From Opitutales bacterium (GTDB lineage Bacteria > Verrucomicrobiota > Verrucomicrobiia > Opitutales > PNEW01), in assembly GCA_965197745.1 (NCBI GenBank), contig CBDANS010000007.1, positions 1,088,001 through 1,152,000 of the forward strand: DNA of 64,000 nucleotides. Direction: 5' to 3'. Positions 29,343-40,586 of the stretch are shown here, piece after piece. The notes under the pieces were generated by a model. It was given only the letters and a program-made list of their open reading frames with translations. It searched no databases and had not been told where the DNA came from. Numbering within the stretch: position 1 is the first letter of the stretch; every line of letters starts with the position of its first letter. Both the position numbers and the translations under genes were made by a program.

Positions 29343-30584
29343 TTACTGACTTAAGAACACTCCCCGAATTCCACAAATTCTTACATCTTCATGTTGAGGA
29401 TGACTCTTGGGTAATACCTGTTCTCCCTTATCAGAGCTGAAAGCGATGAATAACTTCTCTCCAAGGTTTACGGAACTGGAGTATCCTCCATCAGTGTCGT
29501 AATCTTCTATAATCTGCCTCAGCGACCAGGTTTTGCCATAGTCAAACGAATAGTGAAGGGTCATGTCTTGGGTTGGTGTGTGTCTTGCGTGAAGAATTAA
29601 AGTCTCACCAATCCAGTTAAGGAAAGGTTTGCGAGCAGAAATTCCCTCGACTAACTGAATTGATCCCCAGCTATATCCATCGTCAACACTAACACGAGAG
29701 TAATTTTTCTCTTCCCCATCGGGCAAATACGCCAGAGTCAGAACATAAATGCTTTCATCCGGGAGAATTGTGAGTGTCGGATACCACAAGGGAGCTGTAT
29801 AGGTGTTAGGATGCCATTTTCTAGGTGCATTGCGTGAGGGAAATACGGGACTGCGCATCTGCCACGTCTCACCATTGTCAACACTGGTGTAGAGTAAAAC
29901 TCCGACATCAAAGCTTGCCGATACGAAATAGATAGTGCCGTTTTGTGTGATGACATTGGTGGTGATAGCGTCAATGTATTTTGGGTGCGATGGATCGATG
30001 TAACCCTTGTAATCATAAGTCTCGCCACTATCAGAACTGATCAAATAGACACATCCGGCAAAATGTTCCCCTTTAAGACTCAGGTTTTTGGTTTCGGCCT
30101 CTACTATGACCTCAGGGTTTGTCGTTTGAACAAACATCACCAGCTTTCCGTCAGGGGCCAGTGCGTAAGCTGGATTGTAGCAGGTTTCACCTGGTTTTAT
30201 TTTGCTATGATCGTAAACTACTCCTTCATAGTTCCAGGAAACGCCACCATCTGTGCTGCGCGATTGCACGATCAAACCTATCCCATGCATGCGTCCCTGA
30301 GCACTAGCCACCAAGAGATCCCCGTTCTCGGCTACAATTGTTGTGGGTCCATGAAAATAGGTGCCAAAAGGTTCGGGATTACCCATCAAGTGCGGAATTA
30401 CATCAAAAGGTATGTCAATTTTTGGTAACTCCGGTTGAAATGCAACTGGTTTTGTTTGCTGCTGTTGACAGCCAATGATCGGCCAAAATAAAAAAACTGC
30501 AATGACTCCTTGTATCCACCAAGCCAAAATACGGTTTGATTTTTTCATGATTGTTTCTGGTGAGGTGACAACGCCTACCAGCAT
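29343..30584 (-). CDS. BNR/Asp-box (sialidase-like) lipoprotein; true start probably MKKS at 30548
   Basis: Multiple SxDxGxTW Asp-boxes, GGYSS, lipobox IIGC. Confidence 0.8.
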   Translation of the reverse strand: MLVGVVTSPETIMKKSNRILAWWIQGVIAVFLFWPIIGCQQQQTKPVAFQPELPKIDIPFDVIPHLMGNPEPFGTYFHGPTTIVAENGDLLVASAQGRMHGIGLIVQSRSTDGGVSWNYEGVVYDHSKIKPGETCYNPAYALAPDGKLVMFVQTTNPEVIVEAETKNLSLKGEHFAGCVYLISSDSGETYDYKGYIDPSHPKYIDAITTNVITQNGTIYFVSASFDVGVLLYTSVDNGETWQMRSPVFPSRNAPRKWHPNTYTAPLWYPTLTILPDESIYVLTLAYLPDGEEKNYSRVSVDDGYSWGSIQLVEGISARKPFLNWIGETLILHARHTPTQDMTLHYSFDYGKTWSLRQIIEDYDTDGGYSSSVNLGEKLFIAFSSDKGEQVLPKSHPQHEDVRICGIRGVFLSQ

Positions 30585-30602
30585 TATTTAAGAAAACTCG
30601 AT

Positions 30603-30728
30603 GGGGTCAGGCTGTGTATTTATAAATATAGATATTAGATAAATATTGAGTGCTAACTGATTCGATTAATTTTTTATCCTGATGTTATATTGTTTACAAC
30701 TAACCTTATAAATACACAGCCTGACCCC
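30603..30728. repeat. REP/MITE-like element with 23-bp perfect inverted ends (GGGGTCAGGCTGTGTATTTATAA)
   Basis: 30603-30625 is the reverse complement of 30706-30728. Confidence 0.8.
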
Positions 30729-30844
30729 TTTTAGCCTTTCATGTCTCTATTAAAAATCAAAACGCGCTAGGGACAGCGAGTTCCACCCCTCTCTAAATCT
30801 TTTTTGTGTGAATCTTGTGCTTCTTGTGGCTATCTTGAATTTAC

Positions 30845-32380
30845 TCAGCCTCTGCGCTGGAAGCGCAAGAAGATAAAGAGGCAACCGATCCCCATCAACG
30901 CCCAGGTGGAGGGCTCGGGGACGACTACGAGATTGAGGGAATTGGCGTTGTAAATAGGGGTAAAAAACAGATTACCATCATCAAAGCCGAACTCATCGTC
31001 GACAGAACCAAATTGACCGGTCAGCGTCCCGGTCCAGGTGAGGACTTCAAATATATCACCTAATTGTGGTAATGTTCCACCTAATAGATCTATTTCCAAA
31101 GAACCACTTGAGAAAGATAAGTTTCCGTCGACATTTAATTCACTCCAATCAATAGCGTCTAATATATCTACCTCATAAATGCTGCCGGATTCAAAAACAA
31201 GAGAGTTTTCAATATCAAGGGGCCAAGTCGTTTCAGGCGCAATAGTCCCAAAGTTGTAAAACGTTTCTTGATCCGTGAGAATTTTTCCTGCACCTTTAAT
31301 TATACCATAATTGGTCACGTCAAATAATGCATTTAATTCTGATTGAGTACCGCCTGCGGTAAACATCTCTATGACACCGTTCGTTCCAACCGTAACTGAG
31401 TTGGCTTGAAGGGTCCCATCGTAATGAATATTAACCTGATTAGTGGGGCCGGATGGACCAATTGTGCCAACGAAGACATCATCCGCCGTTATTACACCGC
31501 CGGAAGACCCGCCTCCAAATATATCTACCGTACCCTGACCGGCCAAACCCACTTGCAGATCGCCGCCAATTTGCAGCGATGTATTGTCATACAATTCAAT
31601 GGTTCCGCTGCCGCCTGAACTAAAGCCGACAATTAAATCCGCATCGACAGTGGCATTCGCAGAGTCAGGATTTCCTGTTAATACAAGCTTACCGCTGCCG
31701 CCACCGCCAACAACTAAACGGCCATCGACATTAAAATTAGCATTACCCGACTCATTTGTAGCATCAACGCGAATTTCACCTATGCTGCCGCTGTTTACTC
31801 CGATGATTGCATCGTTGCCACTTACATCATTATTAACATTAAAAGTTGCTATTTCTAATATTTCGAGCAAGCCGACTCCCGTGCTGTTCCGCCCAACATT
31901 CAAGTCCAACGTATTGAAAAAAATTGAATCAATAACATTAAGATGTCCCATACCGGAGCTTCCAATTTCGGTAAGAAAGTCAACGTTCACTATGCCTTCC
32001 TTTATTGTCGCATTAGCATCGTCACCGAAGTCTGGTCCGAGGACAAAACTTGCTGACGGCCCCGTACTGTTAACATTCAGGAAATTGAAATTCATATCGA
32101 AGATGACAGTGTTACCTGACGCATTGGAATTATGGATCTCCACCCGGTCCACATTGTGACTTAAAGAAAATGTCACGGTAGGTGAGGTTGAAGGAGGCCC
32201 ATCGAATATGGCGGTTTGGGAATTATTGGGAACGGTTCCAAAATCCCAATTACTTCCGGTGTTAAAATCACCTCCATTAGTGTTGGTCCAAAGCCCGATT
32301 CCTACTGATGCTGATGCTGAAATCCAGCCCAGGCAGAAAATGACAGGGAATGTCGAAAATATTTTTAAATGAAAATTCAT
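30845..32380 (-). CDS. PEP-CTERM secreted beta-helix-like protein
   Basis: Signal peptide, Gly/Asn-rich repeats, C-terminal VPEPSTWALMGIG..FQRRG. Confidence 0.9.
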   Translation of the reverse strand: MNFHLKIFSTFPVIFCLGWISASASVGIGLWTNTNGGDFNTGSNWDFGTVPNNSQTAIFDGPPSTSPTVTFSLSHNVDRVEIHNSNASGNTVIFDMNFNFLNVNSTGPSASFVLGPDFGDDANATIKEGIVNVDFLTEIGSSGMGHLNVIDSIFFNTLDLNVGRNSTGVGLLEILEIATFNVNNDVSGNDAIIGVNSGSIGEIRVDATNESGNANFNVDGRLVVGGGGSGKLVLTGNPDSANATVDADLIVGFSSGGSGTIELYDNTSLQIGGDLQVGLAGQGTVDIFGGGSSGGVITADDVFVGTIGPSGPTNQVNIHYDGTLQANSVTVGTNGVIEMFTAGGTQSELNALFDVTNYGIIKGAGKILTDQETFYNFGTIAPETTWPLDIENSLVFESGSIYEVDILDAIDWSELNVDGNLSFSSGSLEIDLLGGTLPQLGDIFEVLTWTGTLTGQFGSVDDEFGFDDGNLFFTPIYNANSLNLVVVPEPSTWALMGIGCLFIFLRFQRRG

Positions 32381-32625
32381 ATTCTTCCAATTCGTTAAGA
32401 AAATTAATTTATATCGTTAATGATATACGAATTTCAATTACGCAGCAAGCATTAACGGCGTTTGGGAATAGCTGTAGGTAAATATATATGTCTGTTTGAA
32501 CTCAATTGCCTATATATAAACACCTTAGTGAAAGCCAACCCCCATCACTGTCAGAGAACCCTATTTAAACCACCTATTCAACGCCCTTATGAACCTCTCT
32601 CAGTTCCCTAATCGGGGTCCATGCC

Positions 32626-33417
32626 CTAAAGCTTCGCCGGAACGCCCCCGTCGATGTTGATGTTCACCCCGGTCAGGAACCGGGAGTCATCGCAAGCGAG
32701 GAAGAGGATTACATTGGCTACATCTTCCGGTTGACCGGGCCCGTCCAGAATCTGGAATGTGTCAAAGGCATCCTTGAAGACATGAGTCTTCTGGCTACCG
32801 CCGCGAGTTGCGCCAGGTGTAATGATCTGCCCCGGTCTCACACAGTTTACCCGGATGTTGTGTTCGCCACCCGTTCCTGCAAGGTAACGAGTCATGGCAT
32901 CCACACCGGCTTTCGCGGCGTAGTAGGACATGGAAGTGGTGCCCGCAATGTCCCGCATCTTTTTATTGAAGCCGCGTTGGGCCGCCAGTGATGACATGTT
33001 TACGACCGCGCCGCCACCCGCTTTGATAAGGTGCGGCCAAGCCGCACGGCACATGCGAAATGTTCCGCCCATGTTTACGCCGATAATGGCGTCCCAATTT
33101 TCATCAGATTCATCCGGAAAGGCCTGACCGGAGCCATATCCTGCATTGTTGAAGAGGATGTTTATCTCGCCATAGGTTTCAACGGCCTTGTCCACGGCTG
33201 CGTTGGCAGAGCTCGTGACCGAGACATCACATTGAATGTAGGTGGCATCACCCCCTTCGTTACTAATGGATTCCTCGACCTCTTTTCCCTGTTCCTCTCG
33301 CCGTGCCATCACCGCCACCCTGGCGCCTTCTTTTGCAAACAAATGCGCAGTAGTGGCGCCGATACCACTGTTTCCACCGGTGATAATCGCGACTTTACCT
33401 TCTAACTTACCTGGCAT
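32626..33417 (-). CDS. SDR-family oxidoreductase
   Basis: TGGNSGIG, NNAG, YYAAK. Confidence 0.9.
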   Translation of the reverse strand: MPGKLEGKVAIITGGNSGIGATTAHLFAKEGARVAVMARREEQGKEVEESISNEGGDATYIQCDVSVTSSANAAVDKAVETYGEINILFNNAGYGSGQAFPDESDENWDAIIGVNMGGTFRMCRAAWPHLIKAGGGAVVNMSSLAAQRGFNKKMRDIAGTTSMSYYAAKAGVDAMTRYLAGTGGEHNIRVNCVRPGQIITPGATRGGSQKTHVFKDAFDTFQILDGPGQPEDVANVILFLACDDSRFLTGVNINIDGGVPAKL

Positions 33418-33726
33418 AGCTCTACTCCTGGGTTATAAGTATAACGTTATGTATCATTTTTGCCGTGGCTCTTAAATCACGTCAAGGTATAAGAAGAATA
33501 ATCCACTTAAACCTGGCTTCGGATATATATTCAATATCCTTAGAAGCGCGTCCAATGCCTGACTCTTTCCGGATTCACTCTCACGACTATTTGCATAAAT
33601 GTCGCCTATCAATGATATTAATCGATATCAAATACAAACGGTTTATTCATATTCCTGTATGTAGAGAGTAGTGAGTTTGATTTTAAATATTTTCAGCCGG
33701 CTGAAACATAAATTGAATATGTAAAA

Positions 33727-34836
33727 ATGGATGATAAGATATCAATTAAGATTGCGCTCTTTTTACCCTCATTGGCTGGTGGAGGAGCCGAACGTATCGT
33801 ATTGAATTTAGCCCGCGGGTTCTCCCATCGTGGTCATACGGTGGACCTCGTCCTTGTTAATGCCGTGGGACCACTCATGAAAAATATTCCGGATTCAATC
33901 CGTCTGGTTAACCTTGATGCAGGTCGTTTTTTGAAAAGCTTATTTAAGCTGGTGAGCTATTTGCGCAAAGAAAAACCTGATGTATTAGTATCTTCTCTTG
34001 TCCCTGCCAATATTATTGCCATTTGGGCAAGGTTTTTATCGCGCATTCCATGCCGATTGTTTCTGAGGTTAGACGGTCCCGCTTCTGTGGCATTGAAGCA
34101 TATGACTCAATTAAAAAGTCGATTAATATGGAAGATGATCCCCCTATTTTATCCATTCGCTTATGGGTTGATTGCGGTCTCGAGTGGAGTGGCTGATGAC
34201 ATAAAAAAAACCTTATCAATTAAGCATAAAAATATTCACGTTATTTATAATCCAGTAGATATTGAACATATCAAAGAACAGGCAAAGATACCTTTTGAGC
34301 ATTCATGGTTCAAGGAAGGTAAACTCCCGGTAATTCTGGGTGTAGGTCGCTTATCGAGGCAAAAAGATTTTACCACACTAATCCACGCATTCAACCTGCT
34401 GAGAAAACAGCGGTCAGCACGTTTACTTATACTGGGTGAAGGTGAAGAGCGTTCGGGGTTAGAAAACCTGGTGCGGGAATTGAATCTTGAAAATGAAATA
34501 GAGATGCCTGGATTTGTGAACAATCCCTATCCTTATATAGCCAGGGCATCTACATTTGTGCTTTCATCGAAATATGAGGGTTTATGCACGGTGATAATTG
34601 AGTCTTTGGTTGTAGGGACACCCGTCGTTTCCACTGATTGCCCTACGGGAAATGATGAAGTATTAGATTCCGGTAAATACGGTTTGCTTGTCCCTGTGGG
34701 GGTTCCAGAAGCCATGGCTGACGCCATATTGAAGACTTTATCCAATGGGCCAGATAAAGCGATGCTTCAGGCCCGGGCCTCGCTGTTTTCGATGGAAGAA
34801 AAAGTTGGTGAATATCTTCAGGTACTACGCAACTGA
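33727..34836 (+). CDS. GT4 glycosyltransferase
   Basis: GGGAER, GRLSRQKDF, SSKYEG..VIIES. Confidence 0.9.
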   Translation: MDDKISIKIALFLPSLAGGGAERIVLNLARGFSHRGHTVDLVLVNAVGPLMKNIPDSIRLVNLDAGRFLKSLFKLVSYLRKEKPDVLVSSLVPANIIAIWARFLSRIPCRLFLRLDGPASVALKHMTQLKSRLIWKMIPLFYPFAYGLIAVSSGVADDIKKTLSIKHKNIHVIYNPVDIEHIKEQAKIPFEHSWFKEGKLPVILGVGRLSRQKDFTTLIHAFNLLRKQRSARLLILGEGEERSGLENLVRELNLENEIEMPGFVNNPYPYIARASTFVLSSKYEGLCTVIIESLVVGTPVVSTDCPTGNDEVLDSGKYGLLVPVGVPEAMADAILKTLSNGPDKAMLQARASLFSMEEKVGEYLQVLRN

Positions 34837-35318
34837 ATAAAGTCAGCACTTCTATTAGTTGATAAATCTCATTCGGAGCTGGAATACAGGGGACCTGAAA
34901 TCACTTAAAAGAAATAAGAGAAATTACCAGACCAGAAAATCAACGACAGCTCCGGATGCCGGGGTGGAGCGCGGCATCATCGCGCGATTTAGAAAACTGC
35001 TGAGTCAGTTTGAACTCACCGGCAAGTAGGGGCAACGTCGCTTAAAAGAGATGGGTTAGACCATAATAACCGCTTTTTTAAACTTGTAACGATACCTTAT
35101 ATATGTGAAAAAACGTGAAGGAGAAACAGAAGGAGTGACAGTTGACCACCAATTTTACCTGCTTTAGAGAATTGAAGGCTACTGCCAGATAATAGAATTA
35201 TAATTAATTTAGCAGAGTAACTACCCCTATAAAATTTCATTCAGATCTTAATTTTAGTGTCATGAAGTAAGATTCTGAGTATTGCAAATATGACGCGTAA
35301 AATATGAAAAGAGTATAA

Positions 35319-35585
35319 ATGAATATCTACGTTGGTAATCTACCCTATAGTGTGACAGAACAAGATTTGAGAGAACTGTTTGAATCCTTTGGAGAGGTCT
35401 CTTCAGCCGTGGTGATTGTTGATAAATTCACGAGAAAATCTAAAGGATTTGGTTTTATTGAAATGCCTACACAGGAAGAAGCGATGGCTGCTATTGATAA
35501 GACAAATGACCAGGATTTTCAGGGAAGAAATCTCAGGGTTAACGAGGCAAAACCTCGCAATGATGATTTTCGCGATAGAAGGTAA
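35319..35585 (+). CDS. RRM RNA-binding protein
   Basis: IYVGNL (RNP2), KGFGFIEM (RNP1). Confidence 0.93.
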   Translation: MNIYVGNLPYSVTEQDLRELFESFGEVSSAVVIVDKFTRKSKGFGFIEMPTQEEAMAAIDKTNDQDFQGRNLRVNEAKPRNDDFRDRR

Positions 35586-35945
35586 TGGACCAATCGTTTA
35601 ACCCTACGGTCATTGATAAATGACCATTTGAGGGTGTAAATGAGCGGTTATTCCGTTAGCGATCACTTGAGGTGAGATTTATTCGCGGTTTTAGTGCTTT
35701 AGTGTTTTTCCCCTCCTGCCGTAGACAAGATAACCTGATTTACAGGTCACGATGCAAGGTTTCGCACGGCTGAGTATCTCAGCTCACTTATGGTATCCAG
35801 CTGATATTAATCGGTTATTATTTCATGTCTTTTTATCGGCAGGATCGACGGATTTAATATCCCTAAAATTAAATCTTGAACTTCTTTGGGAATAGGATGA
35901 TTCGTAGACTACTCCAAGTAGTAGTCTTCAGCAACGAAGCCAATC

Positions 35946-36926
35946 ATGTCCTTAAATTCCACCGTTGAGATACCTGATTTTGACGATACTCTCGCTACCC
36001 ATAAATTGGCGCTATGCCGCACCATACCTGAGGTTCTGCAATTAAATGTGGGCAAGATCTGCAATCTCACCTGCACGCACTGCCATGTTAATGCCGGCCC
36101 CGGTCGGAAGGAGATGATGACGCGTGAGACCATCGACCGGATACTTGAATGGCTGGAACCGCATGAATTACCCATTGTTGATATTACCGGTGGAGCCCCG
36201 GAGATGATACCTGATTTCAGATACCTGATTCGAGAACTTGCGAAACAAAGTCAACCCCGACGTATTATTGATCGTTGCAATCTCACTATTCTTCTGGATA
36301 GCGGATATGAAGATCTAACTGAATTCCTCGCTGGACACAAAGTTGAAATTATTGCCTCGATGCCCTGTTACACACCGGCAAACGTGGAGGCACAACGGGG
36401 TGAGGGGGTTTTCGATGACAGCATTAAGGCATTACTCCTTCTCAATCAGTTGGGATATGGGGTTGATCCTCATTTGCCGCTCCATCTTGTTTACAATCCG
36501 ATAGGAGCCAGCCTTCCATCTGATCAAAAAGAATTGGAAGCCGAATACAAACGCGAACTCAAGAAAAGCTACGGCATTGATTTCAACAGCCTATACACGA
36601 TCACCAACCTTCCCATCGCGCGATTCCTCTCCTACCTTAAGCGCAACTCCCAGTACGAGGAATACATGAATCTGCTGGTTGAAAGCTTCAACCCGCGTGC
36701 GGTTGAGGGGTTGATGTGTCGCAACACCATAAATGTAGGGTGGGAGGGCGATATCTTCGATTGTGATTTTAATCAAATGCTCAACATCCCGATGGGCGAA
36801 AATAAGGCCCGGTTTCTATGGGACATAGATCTTCAATCGATCGAGGATTGGCCCATATCCACGGGAAGACATTGCTATGGATGTACCGCCGGTGCAGGAT
36901 CAAGCTGTACGGGTTCACTCGATTAA
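35946..36926 (+). CDS. arsS: Arsenosugar-biosynthesis radical SAM protein ArsS
   Basis: LQLNVGKICNLTCTHCHV, DITGGAPE, DCDFNQML, HCYGCTAGAGSSC; adjacent to arsM. Confidence 0.85.
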   Translation: MSLNSTVEIPDFDDTLATHKLALCRTIPEVLQLNVGKICNLTCTHCHVNAGPGRKEMMTRETIDRILEWLEPHELPIVDITGGAPEMIPDFRYLIRELAKQSQPRRIIDRCNLTILLDSGYEDLTEFLAGHKVEIIASMPCYTPANVEAQRGEGVFDDSIKALLLLNQLGYGVDPHLPLHLVYNPIGASLPSDQKELEAEYKRELKKSYGIDFNSLYTITNLPIARFLSYLKRNSQYEEYMNLLVESFNPRAVEGLMCRNTINVGWEGDIFDCDFNQMLNIPMGENKARFLWDIDLQSIEDWPISTGRHCYGCTAGAGSSCTGSLD

Positions 36927-36996
36927 TCATCTGACATTTTATTATACCAGGGAATTGATTAACCTCTCTTAACCACAATTAAGCGCACACCAGAAA

Positions 36997-38067
36997 ATGA
37001 ATATCGAAGAATCAACTATAGATCTGCATGAAAATGCTCGGGATTATTATGGTAAACAATTGCAAAGCAATCGGGATCTGAAGAGTAATGCCTGTTGCAG
37101 CATTGAGACTATTACTCCCGAGATGAAGCAATATCTCAGTAATATCGATGATGAAATTTTAGAAAGATTCTACGGCTGTGGATCTCCCATTCCACCCGCG
37201 CTTGAAGGTATCACCGTTCTTGACCTGGGTTGCGGTACGGGAAGAGATGTTTACCTCCTTTCCCAGCTCGTGGGTGAAAAGGGTTGTGTCATTGGAGTCG
37301 ATATAACAGATGAACAACTTGATGTAGCTCAAAGGCATATTGCCAGCCAGATGGATCGATTCGGTTTTAAGCAAACCAATGTTGATTTCCGCAATGGTTA
37401 TATTGAAAACCTGGGTGCTGTGGGAATAGCTGATAATTCAGTAGATGTCGTAGTCTCTAATTGTGTCATTAATCTCTCCCCGGATAAAGAGAAAGTATTT
37501 TCCGAGATTTTCCGGGTTCTCAAACCAGGGGGTGAACTTTATTTTTCTGATGTCTTTGCCTTGCGCCGTGTTCCCGACCATTTAAAGAGCGACCCTGTTC
37601 TTCATGGTGAATGCATCGGGGGCACCTTATATATTGAAGACTTTCGCCGCATCCTCCGTAAAGCAGGCTGCCTGGATTACCGGGTAGTGAATCAATGGCC
37701 ACTCTCCATCGATGAACCCGAGATAAAAAAGAAGATTGGAAATATCGAATTTTATTCCTACACCATTCGTGCGTTCAATCTACCCACCTTGGAAGACATT
37801 TGTGAAGACTATGGTCAAGCTGTCTGCTATCTCGGGAACCTCAAAAATTCGCCGCATGCGTTTATTCTTGATGATCATCACATTTTTGAAACGGGCAAAC
37901 ATGTCCCTGTATGCGGAAACACAACCTCCATGGTTGAGGAAACCCGTTATTCTAAATATTTTAAGGTTATTGGTAACCGCTCTACCCACTACGGTCCCTT
38001 CCCTTGTGGTCCTGAAACCTCAAGTGGTAAGCAGATTGATAATGGAGAGAGTGGCAGTTGTTGTTAA
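36997..38067 (+). CDS. arsM: Arsenite S-adenosylmethyltransferase
   Basis: ACC, FYGCGSP, LDLGCGTGRD, VSNCVINL, GECIGG, terminal CC. Confidence 0.9.
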   Translation: MNIEESTIDLHENARDYYGKQLQSNRDLKSNACCSIETITPEMKQYLSNIDDEILERFYGCGSPIPPALEGITVLDLGCGTGRDVYLLSQLVGEKGCVIGVDITDEQLDVAQRHIASQMDRFGFKQTNVDFRNGYIENLGAVGIADNSVDVVVSNCVINLSPDKEKVFSEIFRVLKPGGELYFSDVFALRRVPDHLKSDPVLHGECIGGTLYIEDFRRILRKAGCLDYRVVNQWPLSIDEPEIKKKIGNIEFYSYTIRAFNLPTLEDICEDYGQAVCYLGNLKNSPHAFILDDHHIFETGKHVPVCGNTTSMVEETRYSKYFKVIGNRSTHYGPFPCGPETSSGKQIDNGESGSCC

Positions 38068-38113
38068 AGGGGAAGTGACTGCTCCCCGAGTTAAAAGCTG
38101 AATACTGACAGGA

Positions 38114-39229
38114 ATGAGCGCCCTTCTTCTTCTTTTGGGTATGATCTGTTTTCTTGCCTACAGCAATGGGGCGAATGATAATTTCAAGGGCCTGGCCACC
38201 GTTTTCGGGAGCGAAATATTATCTTATAAATCAGCTTTGATATTAGCAACATGTGCCACCTTTCTCGGTTCATTAGCATCGCTGGTATTCGCCTCTGAAC
38301 TTCTTCATCAGTTTTCCGGTAAGGGTCTCGTTCCGGATTCAGTAGTGGGAACTTCACCCTTTCTCTTAGCGGTTGCGGGAGGCGCGGGATTGACCGTATT
38401 TATTGCTTCCCTTACCGGACTTCCGATTTCGACTACGCACAGCCTTACCGGCGCATTGATGGGCGCGGGCTGGCTTTCAGCCGGAAGTCTGATGAATTTT
38501 AATAAACTGGGGGGCACGTTTTTTTTACCGCTGCTCGTAAGCCCGTTTATAGCATGGATTCTAAGTATAATTATTTGTCGATTGTTTTCTTCCAGTGACT
38601 TTCAATCGTGGGCTATGAGGGTCTATTGCCTCTGTTGGAGAAAAAGCGCTTTGCCTCACACAAACTCTGGTCCTTCTACGCTCACCATGAATTCCCTTCT
38701 GACCTTTAGTTATCCGGTTACAGGCAATGTCTGCGATGATATTAATTGCCCACCTGAATCACGTATCGCCAGTATGAGCTCCCAAAAGTTTATCGATGTA
38801 TTACACGTGATGAGCGGTGCGGCCGTGTGTTTTGCTCGAGGCCTCAACGACACTCCCAAAATCGTTGCCCTGCTCATTGCCTCATGGGCAATAGGCATCC
38901 AGTACCCCATGCTTGCGGTTGCGGTTGCCATGGTCTTAGGCGGCATCATTAACGGCAAGAAAGTTGCCATGACGATGAGTAAAAAAATAACACCGATGAG
39001 TCATAATCACGGATTAGGGGCAAATCTGGTCACTGGCTTTCTCGTGATTTTTGCCACTCGAATGGGTGTTCCTGTCTCTACGACACATGTATCCACAGGA
39101 TCAATATTCGGTATTGGAACGCTCAACGGAAATGCTAATCGGAATATGATCGTCAGTATCCTTTGGGCCTGGGTCTTTACTCTACCTCTAGCTGCTGTGC
39201 TTGGAGGATTGTTTTACTGGCTTCAGTGA
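38114..39229 (+). CDS. PiT-family inorganic phosphate transporter
   Basis: NGAND, LPISTTH, GLND, PVSTTH. Confidence 0.9.
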   Translation: MSALLLLLGMICFLAYSNGANDNFKGLATVFGSEILSYKSALILATCATFLGSLASLVFASELLHQFSGKGLVPDSVVGTSPFLLAVAGGAGLTVFIASLTGLPISTTHSLTGALMGAGWLSAGSLMNFNKLGGTFFLPLLVSPFIAWILSIIICRLFSSSDFQSWAMRVYCLCWRKSALPHTNSGPSTLTMNSLLTFSYPVTGNVCDDINCPPESRIASMSSQKFIDVLHVMSGAAVCFARGLNDTPKIVALLIASWAIGIQYPMLAVAVAMVLGGIINGKKVAMTMSKKITPMSHNHGLGANLVTGFLVIFATRMGVPVSTTHVSTGSIFGIGTLNGNANRNMIVSILWAWVFTLPLAAVLGGLFYWLQ

Positions 39230-39433
39230 AGGGGTCGAAAGAGTGACTGTTTTCGTCTTTGCTTTCACCGACCTTGACAATCCTAAACTCAAATGTGTTC
39301 TCTACTCATTAAGAGTTGAGGTAAATCATGTTTAATGGATTAGATCATTTTGCTATAGGAGTGCAGGTAGAATTAACCGGAACATGATCGGGAAATCAAT
39401 TAAAGCACCCTAAGCATTCATTTTATAATTCTC

Positions 39434-40570
39434 ATGCCCAAGATTCAAGTATCAACATACGACGGTCCTGGGACCGAGCCGAAAATTAAGAGCGTGTCGC
39501 GACCAGCAATACCTGATCGTGCCGCATTGATTCGAATTGGGGCATGCGGAGTTTGTGGGACGGATCTTCATATCCTTCGTGGACACTGGCCTAAACCATT
39601 ACCGTGGCCACTGACACTGGGCCATGAGCTTGCTGGTATCATCGAAGAAAAAGGACCGGGCCTCGAAACCGACTTCATGAATCAGCCCCTGGCTGTTGGC
39701 GATAAAGTGATGATCCCTCCTCTCATGCCCTGTGGTGAATGTTACTACTGTGTCCACTATCCGACACAGTCTAATCGCTGTCTGAATCCAACTTATTACG
39801 GGCGTTATATCCCATTCGATAAGCCACCGCATTTATGGGGTGGCTGGGCGGAGATGGTTTATATCGATCTTGATATGTTTCCGGCAACAAAGGTCTATCG
39901 CCTGCCGGATGAGATGTCACTGAAACTCGGATCGCTGAGTGAGCCGTTGACTTCTTGTGTGCGCGCTCTGAATCGAGCAGTATCGGCCGGTGGTTTTCGC
40001 GTTGGCGATTCAGTTGTCATTCAAGGTTCCGGCCCAATCGGTGCGTTAATGGTGGTGGCGGTAAAAGAAATGGGAGCGGGAAAGATCGTAGTCGTCGGCG
40101 CGCCGGAAGAACCGCGTCTATCACTCTGTCGTGCATTTGGAGCCCTTGCTTCTGTTTCGATCGAAGAGTATGAAACACCCCAGTCTCGTATCGAAGCCGT
40201 TCAGAAAATAATCGGCGGTTATGGAGCCGATGTCGTGTTTGAGTGTAGTGGTCATCCCTCCTCCGGACCCGAAGGTATTGAAATGCTCAGAGACGGAGGG
40301 ACCTATGTAGAGATGGGACAGTTCACCGATGCGGGTTCAATCGACACAAATTGGCATCGCATCTGCCTCAAGGACATAAATATTTTAGGGAGCTGGGCCT
40401 TTACCGCTAATGATATACCCCTGGCCATTAATATGCTCCATCGCGTCCGTGATCGCTACCCGTGGGAATTGATGCAGATGGAGTTTCCATTTAGCCGGGA
40501 AGGTATCTTCGAGGCGACTCAAGCGGCGATGGAGATGCGCTGTGTAAAAGCGACAATCATCTCGAATTAA
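39434..40570 (+). CDS. Zinc-binding (MDR) alcohol dehydrogenase
   Basis: CGTDLH, GHE, CGECYYC..C, GSGPIG. Confidence 0.9.
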   Translation: MPKIQVSTYDGPGTEPKIKSVSRPAIPDRAALIRIGACGVCGTDLHILRGHWPKPLPWPLTLGHELAGIIEEKGPGLETDFMNQPLAVGDKVMIPPLMPCGECYYCVHYPTQSNRCLNPTYYGRYIPFDKPPHLWGGWAEMVYIDLDMFPATKVYRLPDEMSLKLGSLSEPLTSCVRALNRAVSAGGFRVGDSVVIQGSGPIGALMVVAVKEMGAGKIVVVGAPEEPRLSLCRAFGALASVSIEEYETPQSRIEAVQKIIGGYGADVVFECSGHPSSGPEGIEMLRDGGTYVEMGQFTDAGSIDTNWHRICLKDINILGSWAFTANDIPLAINMLHRVRDRYPWELMQMEFPFSREGIFEATQAAMEMRCVKATIISN

Positions 40571-40586
40571 AAAAGAGCTTTTACCT

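Noticed and set aside
36880..36926. Selenocysteine in the ArsS C-terminus
   Set aside because: The GSSC position is encoded by TGT and the ORF ends at TAA; there is no in-frame TGA
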